64,000 nt of DNA. Source: Patescibacteria group bacterium. GTDB taxonomy: Bacteria > Patescibacteriota > Patescibacteriia > XYB2-FULL-38-15. The notes under the pieces were generated by a model. It did no database searches. It was not told the DNA's origin and worked only from the letters and a program-made list of their open reading frames with translations. Each line of letters starts with the position of its first letter. Position 1 is the first letter of the stretch. Below, one piece after another: positions 9,572-18,482 of this stretch. The stretch spans positions 12,315 to 76,314 of the forward strand of contig JBAZEY010000002.1 in assembly GCA_041653675.1 (NCBI GenBank), read 5' to 3'. Made by a program: the position numbers and the translations under genes.

Positions 9572-10039
9572 ATGGAAACCATGAATAGCACGAAGCGCCA
9601 GAATTCCACTCGGAGCCAATACGACAATCTGTACGCTACCTTGCAAATGGAGGAATCTGCCGTGGCCGCGTGGCTTGAAGATACGCGGAACGGACTGATC
9701 GATATCTTCGGAGCGAATCCCGGCGAGGTCTGGGAAAATCTCGCTTTTCTCTACTATCTCTGGGTGCTCATCGATACTGTCCAGCAGATGCGCGAACGGA
9801 GGATGTTGCCCCAAATCAGCGATGACGTCTATGGACAGGCGTCGTCGGAATGGGACGACAAGGAAGCGCGAAGCATGGTGAAGCGAGAGATTCTCCATGC
9901 CCTGAACACCTTCCGGCACAATCTTTTCGCCAACTTCGAAGCACTGCTTCAAGGCAGCCCGGTCGAGAACGGCGGCGCCGAGGCGTACTGCCGAGGCGCG
10001 TTCACCAAGCTGCTCCGCATGGTCAGACTCTCTCAATGA
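9572..10039 (+). CDS. GC-rich hypothetical protein (155 aa), self-contained module
   Basis: SD gaaaaggaggatgcg-ATG. Shares a bidirectional terminator with the convergent gene downstream. Confidence 0.5.
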   Translation: METMNSTKRQNSTRSQYDNLYATLQMEESAVAAWLEDTRNGLIDIFGANPGEVWENLAFLYYLWVLIDTVQQMRERRMLPQISDDVYGQASSEWDDKEARSMVKREILHALNTFRHNLFANFEALLQGSPVENGGAEAYCRGAFTKLLRMVRLSQ

Positions 10040-10074
10040 GATCAAAACCATCGAAGAAAGGAGGACAAAACAAA

Positions 10075-10106
10075 AGCATCCCCGCTTATGAGGATGCTTA
10101 TTTTTT
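10075..10106. terminator. Bidirectional terminator aagcatccccgcttatgaggatgctt with U-runs on both strands
   Basis: Perfect 8-bp stem. T-run on the plus side, and a T-rich stretch downstream on the minus strand. Confidence 0.55.
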
Positions 10107-10116
10107 ACTTTTAAAT

Positions 10117-10452
10117 TTATGCCGCTCTTTTACCGCTAATTCTTTCTAACGTTGCTTGATGGGCTGCTTCTCGAGCCTTTTCTTTTTCTGTCGGCCCTTT
10201 CCTTTCTTTTAACATTTTAACCGCGGCATCGTAAACGCCTTTTTCAAATTCTTCCGGAGTAATTCTTCCTTCGTCGAGTTGTTTAATCCAAAACTCTTTA
10301 ATGCTGTGGGCGGCCATCGCGACTCGGCGTTCGTCTCCGCCTTCGCGCGCTAAAACTGATTTCGCAAAATCTTCCGGAGTCATTAATCCAGCAAGTAAGC
10401 TACCGACGTCGGTTTCTCTTTCCGCACTAGCGGCCTCGTGTTTTGATTCCAT
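10117..10452 (-). CDS. Hypothetical protein (~111 aa; start moved to internal Met preceded by GAAAGGAGAT SD)
   Basis: The ORF track gives 10117..10515, but the internal ATG at 10450-10452 has a strong SD 6 nt upstream. Sequence MESKHEAAS... Confidence 0.4.
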   Translation of the reverse strand: MESKHEAASAERETDVGSLLAGLMTPEDFAKSVLAREGGDERRVAMAAHSIKEFWIKQLDEGRITPEEFEKGVYDAAVKMLKERKGPTEKEKAREAAHQATLERISGKRAA

Positions 10453-10578
10453 ATTTTTATCTCCTTTCTTAATTAATTCCGGATCAAGTACTGGGGGCAT
10501 TCCTTCCCTAAACATATTTTATAAATTAAAAATTAGGAACATTTTATAATAGCACAAATTTAAAATTTTGACAAGACC

Positions 10579-11952
10579 CTAGGCCGCTCTTCTTTTCGCC
10601 GGCTTTCTTTTCTTCAATTCCATAACTTTTTCCGGCTTCATTTCCGGGGCTTTTTTCAAAACATCGATCGCGCCTTTTGTCTCGGCAATCCATTTTTTCA
10701 AGGCTTTTTCATCTTGGGCGGAAATTTCTTTAGCTGCCTTTTGCGATGCATAAGCCTCGCCAACTTTTTCCAGAGAATCCAGCATACGTTTCAGCTGCGC
10801 TTTGTTGCCTTTATCTCCCCTAGCGAAGAAAAGAGATTCTTCCATTATTGCCGAAAGATCTGGCTGGCGATCCTGAAATCCAGCAGAAATTTTTGGCGCC
10901 CATTGCCCAGTTTCTATTTTCTTTCGGTCCGCCGCAGAAATTGTTGCCGGTTTTACTTCTTCCCACTCTGGCGGCAATTCTTTTCCGGCTTTTTTCATTT
11001 TATCTAAAGATACTGGTTGAACTTCTGCTTCTTTCATTTCCTTTTTCACTGCATAAGCGCGCCCAATTTCTTCAAATTCTTCAGCTGGTGGCAAATCCAC
11101 CTTTCCAGTTTTTTTTGGTTCCCTTAGAGCGACGGGCTGAACGCTTGCTTTTTCCATTTCTGTCTTGACTTCATATTCTTTAGCTATCGCCTCGAATTCT
11201 TCAGCTGGTGGCAAATCTTTCGCACTTATCCTTTCGTCTCGAGTAGGTAACCCCAAATTTTCTCTTCCCGAAGGAGATTTTATTTGTTCCTTTTCTTTTT
11301 CTTTTTTAATTTCTACCAAAATATCTCTCTCGGCTTCGAGCAACTCCCGCATGTCTAGATTTTTTTCCAACCTTATATTACTTTCCAAACTTTTAATTCT
11401 TAAATCTACATCTCTTGCTGGCCTATCTTCATATTTTTCTTTGAGCTCATCTTCCATTGATCCTTTTTCAAGAATTTCTATATCCTCTCCTAAATCCGTT
11501 TTTGCCGCTTCCGCCTCTTGTTCAATTTGCGCCGCTTCGGCTTTTACTTCGGCAACAACCGGAGCCGCCTCTTCTTCTCTTGCTCCGGCGCGCGCCGCGC
11601 TCTCTAAAATTTTTGTCGGCATCTTCGCGCCCGCTTCTTTTACGGCGCTCACTTTCTCTTCGGCCGCGGCCTTTATGTCCCCTGCTGTTTCCTTGCTCGC
11701 TTCCCTTTCAGCCTCTTCTTTTTCCATCTGCTCTTCTTGTTCAAAATAATCATTCAAACGCTCCCAATAATTTCCAATGCCAAATTGATTAAAAAATCTG
11801 GAAACAGATCCTGGCTTCTTTAATTTTTTTTCTTTGCGGGCTATCTCAAATTCCTTCTGTTCAGCCTCAACGCCACCAGCATTTTTTGTTTCCTCTTTTT
11901 CTTTTTCATATTTATCCAATGCTTCATCTAATTCAAATTCTCTGGGTGACAT
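10579..11952 (-). CDS. Glu/Lys-rich low-complexity protein with two 40-aa tandem repeats (DLPPAEEFE.I...E.QPV.L)
   Basis: A 120-bp DNA repeat (11075-11097 matches 11195-11217). Highly charged coiled-coil-like composition. Confidence 0.45.
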   Translation of the reverse strand: MSPREFELDEALDKYEKEKEETKNAGGVEAEQKEFEIARKEKKLKKPGSVSRFFNQFGIGNYWERLNDYFEQEEQMEKEEAEREASKETAGDIKAAAEEKVSAVKEAGAKMPTKILESAARAGAREEEAAPVVAEVKAEAAQIEQEAEAAKTDLGEDIEILEKGSMEDELKEKYEDRPARDVDLRIKSLESNIRLEKNLDMRELLEAERDILVEIKKEKEKEQIKSPSGRENLGLPTRDERISAKDLPPAEEFEAIAKEYEVKTEMEKASVQPVALREPKKTGKVDLPPAEEFEEIGRAYAVKKEMKEAEVQPVSLDKMKKAGKELPPEWEEVKPATISAADRKKIETGQWAPKISAGFQDRQPDLSAIMEESLFFARGDKGNKAQLKRMLDSLEKVGEAYASQKAAKEISAQDEKALKKWIAETKGAIDVLKKAPEMKPEKVMELKKRKPAKRRAA

Positions 11953-11984
11953 AGTTTTTATTTAAAAAAAATTAAAATATAAAT

Positions 11985-12167
11985 TTAACTAAGGTTTAAA
12001 TTTTTGCGGATTTTTTCTATCTGCTCTGCTTCTATTTTTTTTATCGCCTTTTCCAAAACTGTCCTCTGGCGAAGCGATAAATCAGCCATAATTTTAGAGA
12101 ACTTTCGATAAGCCCCTTCTGCTTTTAAAATTTTCTCTTTTATAGATAAGTTTTTTTCTTCTGCCAT
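11985..12167 (-). CDS. Small hypothetical protein (60 aa, Lys/Glu-rich); start codon abuts hairpin element copy 2
   Basis: ORF track entry. Its ATG lies within the CATA flank of the element. Confidence 0.35.
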   Translation of the reverse strand: MAEEKNLSIKEKILKAEGAYRKFSKIMADLSLRQRTVLEKAIKKIEAEQIEKIRKNLNLS

Positions 12168-12168
12168 A

Positions 12169-12299
12169 CCCCGTAGTAGAACTTCTACTTATTTATGAGA
12201 TTAAATTATTTCACTATACACCCGCATTAAAATCTTCGACACCATCATCTGCTCTTCCATTTGTTCGCCGAGGCGAACTGTCGAAGTTTCACTACGGGG
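12169..12299. repeat. 130-bp hairpin element copy 2 (CCCCGTAGTAGAACTTCTAC ... GTCGAAGTTTCACTACGGGG; inner hairpin GTTCGCCGAGGCGAAC; CATA flanks at 12165-12168 and 12300-12303)
   Basis: Read directly from the sequence. Confidence 0.7.
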
Positions 12300-12357
12300 C
12301 ATACTTGTGGATAGATATTATATTTATCTATTTTATCATATTTTTGAAAAGATGAGG

Positions 12358-13383
12358 CTATTGTAAATATTTTAATTTATTTGCCTTGTGCTCATCAAAA
12401 CTCCGGCTGTAAATTGTCTGGCCATCTTTGGCGTGTAAAAAATACCAATAGTCGTTGGCCTTTGGATAAACCGCCGCTCGAATAGCCTCTATCCCGGGAT
12501 TCCCAATCGGCCCCGCGGGCAAACCTCGATATTTGTAAGTATTGTAAGATGAATTAATTTTCAAATCATCGAGACTCGGCTGAGTTTCATATTTTCCGGT
12601 TGCGTAGTTTACGGTGGCATCAGATTGCAGGGCAATCCCCTCGTCTATTCTTCGCCAAAAAATATCGGCCGCCATGGCCATATCTTCTCCTCGCGCTTCT
12701 TTTTCAATAATCGAAGCCATCGTCACAATTTCAAAAATAGTTTTTTTCTGCCGCGAGATTTCCGTTCGAAAATCTGCCGTTAACCTTCGATCGAAATTTT
12801 CCAACATTTTTTTAATAATATGCTCGGCTACGGCAATATCTTCATCCTTATTGCCCAAAAGTTCCGCAGGAAATTCTTTATAAATCCGATACGTGTCGGG
12901 AAATAAATAACCCTCTAGTGTCGCGCCATTTGGCCTATCCTCTAAAAATTCATAATTAGTATTTTCTGGCTCATACTTTTTGGCCGCTTCCAGAAAAATA
13001 TCTTTTTTAACAACATCCTCATTTTCAAGATAGCTACCAATTTCTTGGTTGTTCCATCCTTCAAGAATTTTTATATCGCGCTCATTTATTTCACTAATCG
13101 AGGTCAAAACCGGAACTATTTCCCAAACTCTCATATTTTGTCGCAACTTATGTTCACCTGCCTTAAAATCACTCTGCACCTTTTTCAACCAAACATACGT
13201 TTCAAAAATAAATTTATTTCTAATAAAATTTTGTTCTGCTAGATGCTGACTAATTTCATGGACCCCTTCACCTTTTTCAATAACAAAAATTTTTTCCGCG
13301 GAATCATCGGACGGCGGTACAAAAATAAGCCAGGTGGAAATTATTAAAACAACAAGCACCACTAAAAAAATAATTTTTTTCAT
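12358..13383 (-). CDS. mltG: Endolytic murein transglycosylase MltG (YceG family)
   Basis: N-terminal TM helix plus the conserved C-terminal LQSDATVNYA...YNTYKYRGLPAGPIGNPG block. Confidence 0.75.
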   Translation of the reverse strand: MKKIIFLVVLVVLIISTWLIFVPPSDDSAEKIFVIEKGEGVHEISQHLAEQNFIRNKFIFETYVWLKKVQSDFKAGEHKLRQNMRVWEIVPVLTSISEINERDIKILEGWNNQEIGSYLENEDVVKKDIFLEAAKKYEPENTNYEFLEDRPNGATLEGYLFPDTYRIYKEFPAELLGNKDEDIAVAEHIIKKMLENFDRRLTADFRTEISRQKKTIFEIVTMASIIEKEARGEDMAMAADIFWRRIDEGIALQSDATVNYATGKYETQPSLDDLKINSSYNTYKYRGLPAGPIGNPGIEAIRAAVYPKANDYWYFLHAKDGQTIYSRSFDEHKANKLKYLQ

Positions 13384-13394
13384 AAAAATAAAAA

Positions 13395-14456
13395 TTACAA
13401 ATATTTTTTTAATCCTCTCTTCCCTAACTCATCTACAATTTTTTTTACCTCCCCTGCCCTATCTTTTGGACAAACAAGAAGCGCATCTTCGGTCAAAACA
13501 ACCACGATATCCTTCAAGCCAACTGCCGCGACCAATTTATCCTTCGGACCATACACTAAACAATTTTTCGTATCTATCAAAATATTTTCCCCTTTTGTTA
13601 CGTTCCCGTTTTTATCTCCCGGAATCATTTTTGAAATAATTTGCCATTTGCCCAGATCGCTCCAAATAAATTTTTCCGAGACGGCAACGGCAATTTTTGA
13701 TGCCTTATTTGTAATCGCTGATTCTATGGAAATTTTTTCTAGTTTAGCATAACTTTCCCCGCTCCCTCCGGCCGCTAACTTTTGACACGCACTGTACATC
13801 TTCGGCTGAAATTTTCTAAATAAATCAAGAACTGTTTTTAATTTCCAAATATACATTCCGGCGTGATAAAAATATTTTCCCGATTTAATTAAATTTTTAC
13901 AGCGATTAAGTTCTGGTTTTTCAATCCAGCCGCCAACTTCAAAAATTTTAGTTTTTCTGCTGCCATCTAATTTTTCGCCAATTTTTATATAACTGTATCC
14001 CGTGTCCGGCGAGTTCGGCTTCGCACCCGGGGTGACAATGTAGCCGGGATATTTTTTTAAAAAATTTTCCGCCGCGGCAAGCATCTCTCGGAAGGCGGCG
14101 GCATCGGAAATATAATCATCTGAAGGCAAACTCGCGATAATCGCCTCTTCCCCAAAACGGCGAGCTAAAACACAACACTCAAGACATATTGCTGGTCCAG
14201 TATTCCGCCCCGCTGGTTCCAAAATAATATTTTTGGTCGGCAATTCCTTAATTTCCCTTTTTAGCCTTACGGCCATTTTTCGATTTACGGAAATAAAAAA
14301 ATCTTCCTTATTTTTAAGAAGTGGTTTTACACGATTTACTGTGTCGCGGATAAGAGTGTTTTCCCCAACCAGAGCCTGAAATTGTTTTGGGTTATTCTCG
14401 CGCGAAGACGGCCAAAGCCTTGTCCCCGATCCCCCAGCCCTAATTACAATTTTCAT
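13395..14456 (-). CDS. Mannose-1-phosphate guanylyltransferase-like nucleotidyltransferase
   Basis: N-terminal IRAGGSGTRLWP sugar-nucleotidyltransferase motif. The length is consistent with the ManC N-terminal domain. Confidence 0.65.
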   Translation of the reverse strand: MKIVIRAGGSGTRLWPSSRENNPKQFQALVGENTLIRDTVNRVKPLLKNKEDFFISVNRKMAVRLKREIKELPTKNIILEPAGRNTGPAICLECCVLARRFGEEAIIASLPSDDYISDAAAFREMLAAAENFLKKYPGYIVTPGAKPNSPDTGYSYIKIGEKLDGSRKTKIFEVGGWIEKPELNRCKNLIKSGKYFYHAGMYIWKLKTVLDLFRKFQPKMYSACQKLAAGGSGESYAKLEKISIESAITNKASKIAVAVSEKFIWSDLGKWQIISKMIPGDKNGNVTKGENILIDTKNCLVYGPKDKLVAAVGLKDIVVVLTEDALLVCPKDRAGEVKKIVDELGKRGLKKYL

Positions 14457-14459
14457 GAT

Positions 14460-14981
14460 TTAAATATTAAATATTTTTTTCCAATTAATTTTATTTACGG
14501 CATAAACCGCGAGTCCGGCCAAAACTATCCCTCCTAAAATATCCGTCGGGTAATGAACGCCGACATAAATTCTTGAAACGCTGACAAGTGCCGCAGAAAT
14601 TAATAAAACTATTCCTAGTTTTTTATTATACAAATAAATTCCAAATGCCATAGCAAAAGATAAAAAAGTATGGGCTGAAGGAAACGACCCGTCGGAAATT
14701 TTTCCTATCAAAAGATTGACATCGTGCACAAAAAATGGCCGCGGCCGGAAATAAATTAAATTAATTACAATTTTTGTTAGATAACTGAAAAAAGCCGCTA
14801 AAATAATTTCTAAAATTATAACTGTATCCGCGCGCCGATTGTTTTTATTAAAAATTGTCCAGGCGATAATCACAAAAGCCATAGCAAAAATTAAATATTC
14901 GGCACAAAAAATACCAAACCAATCTAGCGGCCACCACTTACCAGCGAAATTATTTATAAGCTGAAATAGATAAAAATCCAT
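14460..14981 (-). CDS. PAP2-family membrane phosphatase
   Basis: SFPSAHT and VGVHYPTDILGG motifs. Confidence 0.65.
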   Translation of the reverse strand: MDFYLFQLINNFAGKWWPLDWFGIFCAEYLIFAMAFVIIAWTIFNKNNRRADTVIILEIILAAFFSYLTKIVINLIYFRPRPFFVHDVNLLIGKISDGSFPSAHTFLSFAMAFGIYLYNKKLGIVLLISAALVSVSRIYVGVHYPTDILGGIVLAGLAVYAVNKINWKKIFNI

Positions 14982-14988
14982 AATTAAT

Positions 14989-15807
14989 TTATTTCTGGCA
15001 ACTAGGACAAAAACTTGTCCCTCGCCCAGCCAATTTAATTGTTTTTACTTTTCCCCGACAACCAATGCACGGTTCTCCTTCGCGGCCATAAACTTTTAAA
15101 AATGGCGCATAGCCGCCCTTTCTTCCCGAAGCATCAACATAGGAATCAATCGAAGAACCGTGGCGCTCTATCGCGGCGGCAATAATTTTCCGCAAACAAA
15201 CATAGAGATTCTTAATTTCCGAGGCGGTTAGAGTAGAAACTTTTCTTGCCGGTAAAATTTTAGCACAAAAACATGCTTCTTGCGCGTAGATATTGCCAAC
15301 TCCGGCAATAAATTTCTGATCCATTAAAAGCGGCTTGATTTTCGCGTTTGGTTTTTTTGCCAATAAATTTTTAAAATCATCTTCAGAAAATTTTTGATCT
15401 AGCGCCTCTGGCCCAAAATTTTCCTTGGCCAAAAATTTTTCTATCTCATTGGTTTTCACTAACTTCGCGTAACCAAAAAGGCGAAAATCATAATGCCTTA
15501 ACTCATACCCATCAGAAAAAGTGTAAATAATATGCGGCTTGCCAGTCCCCTCTTTACCGTCGTAAATCAATTGCCCTGTCATTTTCAGATGAATCACAAC
15601 ACTCCAACCGTTGGATAAATCTAAAATCAAAATTTTAGCTCGACGCCTTAAATCCGTAACGCTTGCTCCGGTAACACTTTTTTCAAATTCTTTCGCCGGC
15701 ACATTAACCATTCTTGCTAATTCAACTTTAACGGATTTTATTTTTTTCCCTTTTATCCTGGCGATGAGCTGCCTTCTTATTGTTTCTACTTCTGGCAATT
15801 CGGGCAT
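14989..15807 (-). CDS. mutM: Formamidopyrimidine-DNA glycosylase
   Basis: MPELPEVE N-terminus and C-terminal zinc finger C.GC....C..C. Confidence 0.85.
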   Translation of the reverse strand: MPELPEVETIRRQLIARIKGKKIKSVKVELARMVNVPAKEFEKSVTGASVTDLRRRAKILILDLSNGWSVVIHLKMTGQLIYDGKEGTGKPHIIYTFSDGYELRHYDFRLFGYAKLVKTNEIEKFLAKENFGPEALDQKFSEDDFKNLLAKKPNAKIKPLLMDQKFIAGVGNIYAQEACFCAKILPARKVSTLTASEIKNLYVCLRKIIAAAIERHGSSIDSYVDASGRKGGYAPFLKVYGREGEPCIGCRGKVKTIKLAGRGTSFCPSCQK

Positions 15808-15819
15808 AGATATAAAAAT

Positions 15820-18471
15820 TTACAAATTCGCCGATTCATCAACAACTCGCATTGATGTCTTTTTTCTTCTAGTAATAAAAATGTATTTTACCACTTCAAT
15901 CAAAAGTATATTAATAATACCAAAACCAATGAGTAAAAGCCATTCATTTATTCCAAGCGGGACAGTCTTAAGAATTTTTTGAAAAAATGGAGTATATAAC
16001 GCCAAGGCCAACATCAGGAGACCTAATAAAACAGAGGCATTAAGAAATTTATTTTGGAAAGGACTATTTCCCCAAAGCGGGTGGCGCAATGTCCGGCAGG
16101 CATAAACATAAAAAAGCGAATCAATGCCAAGTCCAACAAAAACCATGGTGCGCGTATAGTCTAGGTCGCCCGTGATTCTCCAAAAATAATAGAAAAATCC
16201 AAAGAGAACTGAAATTGTAAATAAGCTGATGACAGTGATGATTATTTTCATTTCCAAATCAACAATCGGCTCATCTCTTCGCCTCGGCCGGCTTTGCATA
16301 CCCCCCCCCTCGCCCGCGTCAAAAGCCAGGGCCATGCTCGGCGGACTGTCTTCAATTAAATTAATCCATAAAATTTGGGCGGCAAGAATCGGCAAGGGAA
16401 AACCAAAAAATAAACTCGCGACAATAAGCGCCATCTCGGTAAATATATCTGAAAAAAGATATAAGATAACTTTTTTTATATTTTCAAAAATTATTCTTCC
16501 TCTTTCTACCGCTTTAACGATTGAATTGAAATTATCATCTAGAAGAATTATGTCTGCGGCTTCTTTGGCAACTTCCGTCCCGGAACCGAGGGCGACGCCT
16601 ACATCGGCCTTTTTAAGCGCCGGAGCGTCATTTACTCCATCACCGGTCATAGCAACCACTTCACCCTTTTTCTGCCATGCTTCAATTATTCTCATTTTGT
16701 GCCGAGGTTCAACGCGCGCGTAAACATCAATATTCTTTAAAATTTTAACAAATTCTTCATCGCTCATTTTATCCAAATCTTCCCCCTCTAAAATATTTTT
16801 TTCGCCAATGTCAAGTCCGATTTCCCCAGCAACCATTTGAGCGGTTAAGCGGTGATCGCCCGTAACGAGAATTGGCCTGATCCCGGCCTCCCGGCACATC
16901 TTTATCGCTTGAGCAGATTCTTTTCGCAAAGGGTCGCGAAGGGCAAGAAAGCCAACAAAAATCATTTCACTTAAATCACTTTCATCAATTTTTTCTTGCG
17001 CCGTATTTTTATGGGCAAAGGCCAAAATTCTAAGGCCCTTACCGGCTAAATCATCAACTTCCTTTTTAATTTTTTTTACTTTCTCGTGTGTTAACTTTTC
17101 TGTTTTTCCGTTAATCTCTAACCATCCGGACATCGCCAAAACTTTCTCTGGCGCGCCTTTAACATAAATCAAATTATTAATTTTAGATTTTGAATTTTTG
17201 ATTTCGTGCAGCGTTGCCATGTATTTTCTCCCCTCGTCAAAAGGAATCTCCCAGAGCCGAGGAAAAACTTTTCTAATTTCTTTTTGATCAACGCCTCCCT
17301 GCACTGCCGCCAAAAGCAGCGCCTGCTCAGTCGAGTCGCCAAAAATAATCCAATCTTCAAGTTTATCTTCCGGATTTTCAATTACCGCGTTATTACAGAG
17401 CAACCCCATTTCTAAAATTTTTGTTTTTGTTTCCTCGCTTCCAGTTTCCGTAAAAATATGGTCAACCATCATTTTCCCGAGAGTTAGTGTCCCGGTTTTG
17501 TCCGTACAAATAATCGACGTACTGCCAAGCGTTTCGGCCGCGACAAGTTTTCTGACCAACGCTTTTTCTTTCAAAATTTTTTGCATGCCAATAGCCAAAA
17601 TAACCGTTACTGTGACAATCAATCCTTCTGGTACGGCAGCCACGGCGGCAGCGACCGCGACGGTCAGCATTTCAACAAACGATCTCCCCTGCAATAATCC
17701 GATAATAAAAATTACAAAACAAATTGATAATAAAACAACTGAAAGCCGACGGGCAAAAGATGCTAATTTTTTCTGAAGTGGAGTCTGCTCTTCGGGCGCG
17801 CTACCAAGCATTAGGGCAATTTTCCCAATTTCCATTTCTTTACCAGTGGCGACAACAACCGCCAACCCGCGTCCGCGCACGACATTTGTCCCGCAATAGA
17901 CCATATTTTCCCTTTCAGCTAAAACCGTCCCAGGAACTAATTCTTTAACCGATTTTATTGAAGGCACAGCTTCGCCGGTTAGCGCCGCCTCTACAATTTC
18001 TAAATTTGTCACTTTAAAAAGTCTCGCGTCAGCCGGTATTTTGTCGCCAGCCTCAATTACAATCACGTCACCCGGAACAACTTCTTCGGCGCCGATCTCT
18101 CGTTCTAATCCATCGCGTAAAACCCTTGCCTTATGATCAATCACTTCTTTTAATTTTTCTATTGTTTTTTCCGCCTTTCTTTCCTCAAAAAATCCGATAA
18201 AAACATTTAAAAAAACTGCCGCCAAAATTATTCCCGTATCCATAAATTCGCGGAGAATAATTGTGATCCCTGCGGCAAACAACAAAACATAAACTAAGGA
18301 ATTTTTTAATTGATTAAAAAAAATACGACTATTGGTTAGCCGCTTTGCTTCGGGCAATTTGTTTGAGCCGTATTTTTCTAATCTCTTTTTCGCCTCGTCA
18401 AAACTTAAACCGCTTTCCGCGGTTTTAAATTTTGTAAAAATTTCGTGGATTTCTCTCGCGTGCCAATCCAT
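15820..18471 (-). CDS. Cation-transporting P-type ATPase (type IIA, Ca2+-ATPase-like)
   Basis: DKTGTLT, TGDGVNDAPALKKADVG and 10-TM topology. Confidence 0.85.
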   Translation of the reverse strand: MDWHAREIHEIFTKFKTAESGLSFDEAKKRLEKYGSNKLPEAKRLTNSRIFFNQLKNSLVYVLLFAAGITIILREFMDTGIILAAVFLNVFIGFFEERKAEKTIEKLKEVIDHKARVLRDGLEREIGAEEVVPGDVIVIEAGDKIPADARLFKVTNLEIVEAALTGEAVPSIKSVKELVPGTVLAERENMVYCGTNVVRGRGLAVVVATGKEMEIGKIALMLGSAPEEQTPLQKKLASFARRLSVVLLSICFVIFIIGLLQGRSFVEMLTVAVAAAVAAVPEGLIVTVTVILAIGMQKILKEKALVRKLVAAETLGSTSIICTDKTGTLTLGKMMVDHIFTETGSEETKTKILEMGLLCNNAVIENPEDKLEDWIIFGDSTEQALLLAAVQGGVDQKEIRKVFPRLWEIPFDEGRKYMATLHEIKNSKSKINNLIYVKGAPEKVLAMSGWLEINGKTEKLTHEKVKKIKKEVDDLAGKGLRILAFAHKNTAQEKIDESDLSEMIFVGFLALRDPLRKESAQAIKMCREAGIRPILVTGDHRLTAQMVAGEIGLDIGEKNILEGEDLDKMSDEEFVKILKNIDVYARVEPRHKMRIIEAWQKKGEVVAMTGDGVNDAPALKKADVGVALGSGTEVAKEAADIILLDDNFNSIVKAVERGRIIFENIKKVILYLFSDIFTEMALIVASLFFGFPLPILAAQILWINLIEDSPPSMALAFDAGEGGGMQSRPRRRDEPIVDLEMKIIITVISLFTISVLFGFFYYFWRITGDLDYTRTMVFVGLGIDSLFYVYACRTLRHPLWGNSPFQNKFLNASVLLGLLMLALALYTPFFQKILKTVPLGINEWLLLIGFGIINILLIEVVKYIFITRRKKTSMRVVDESANL

Positions 18472-18482
18472 ATATTACATTG

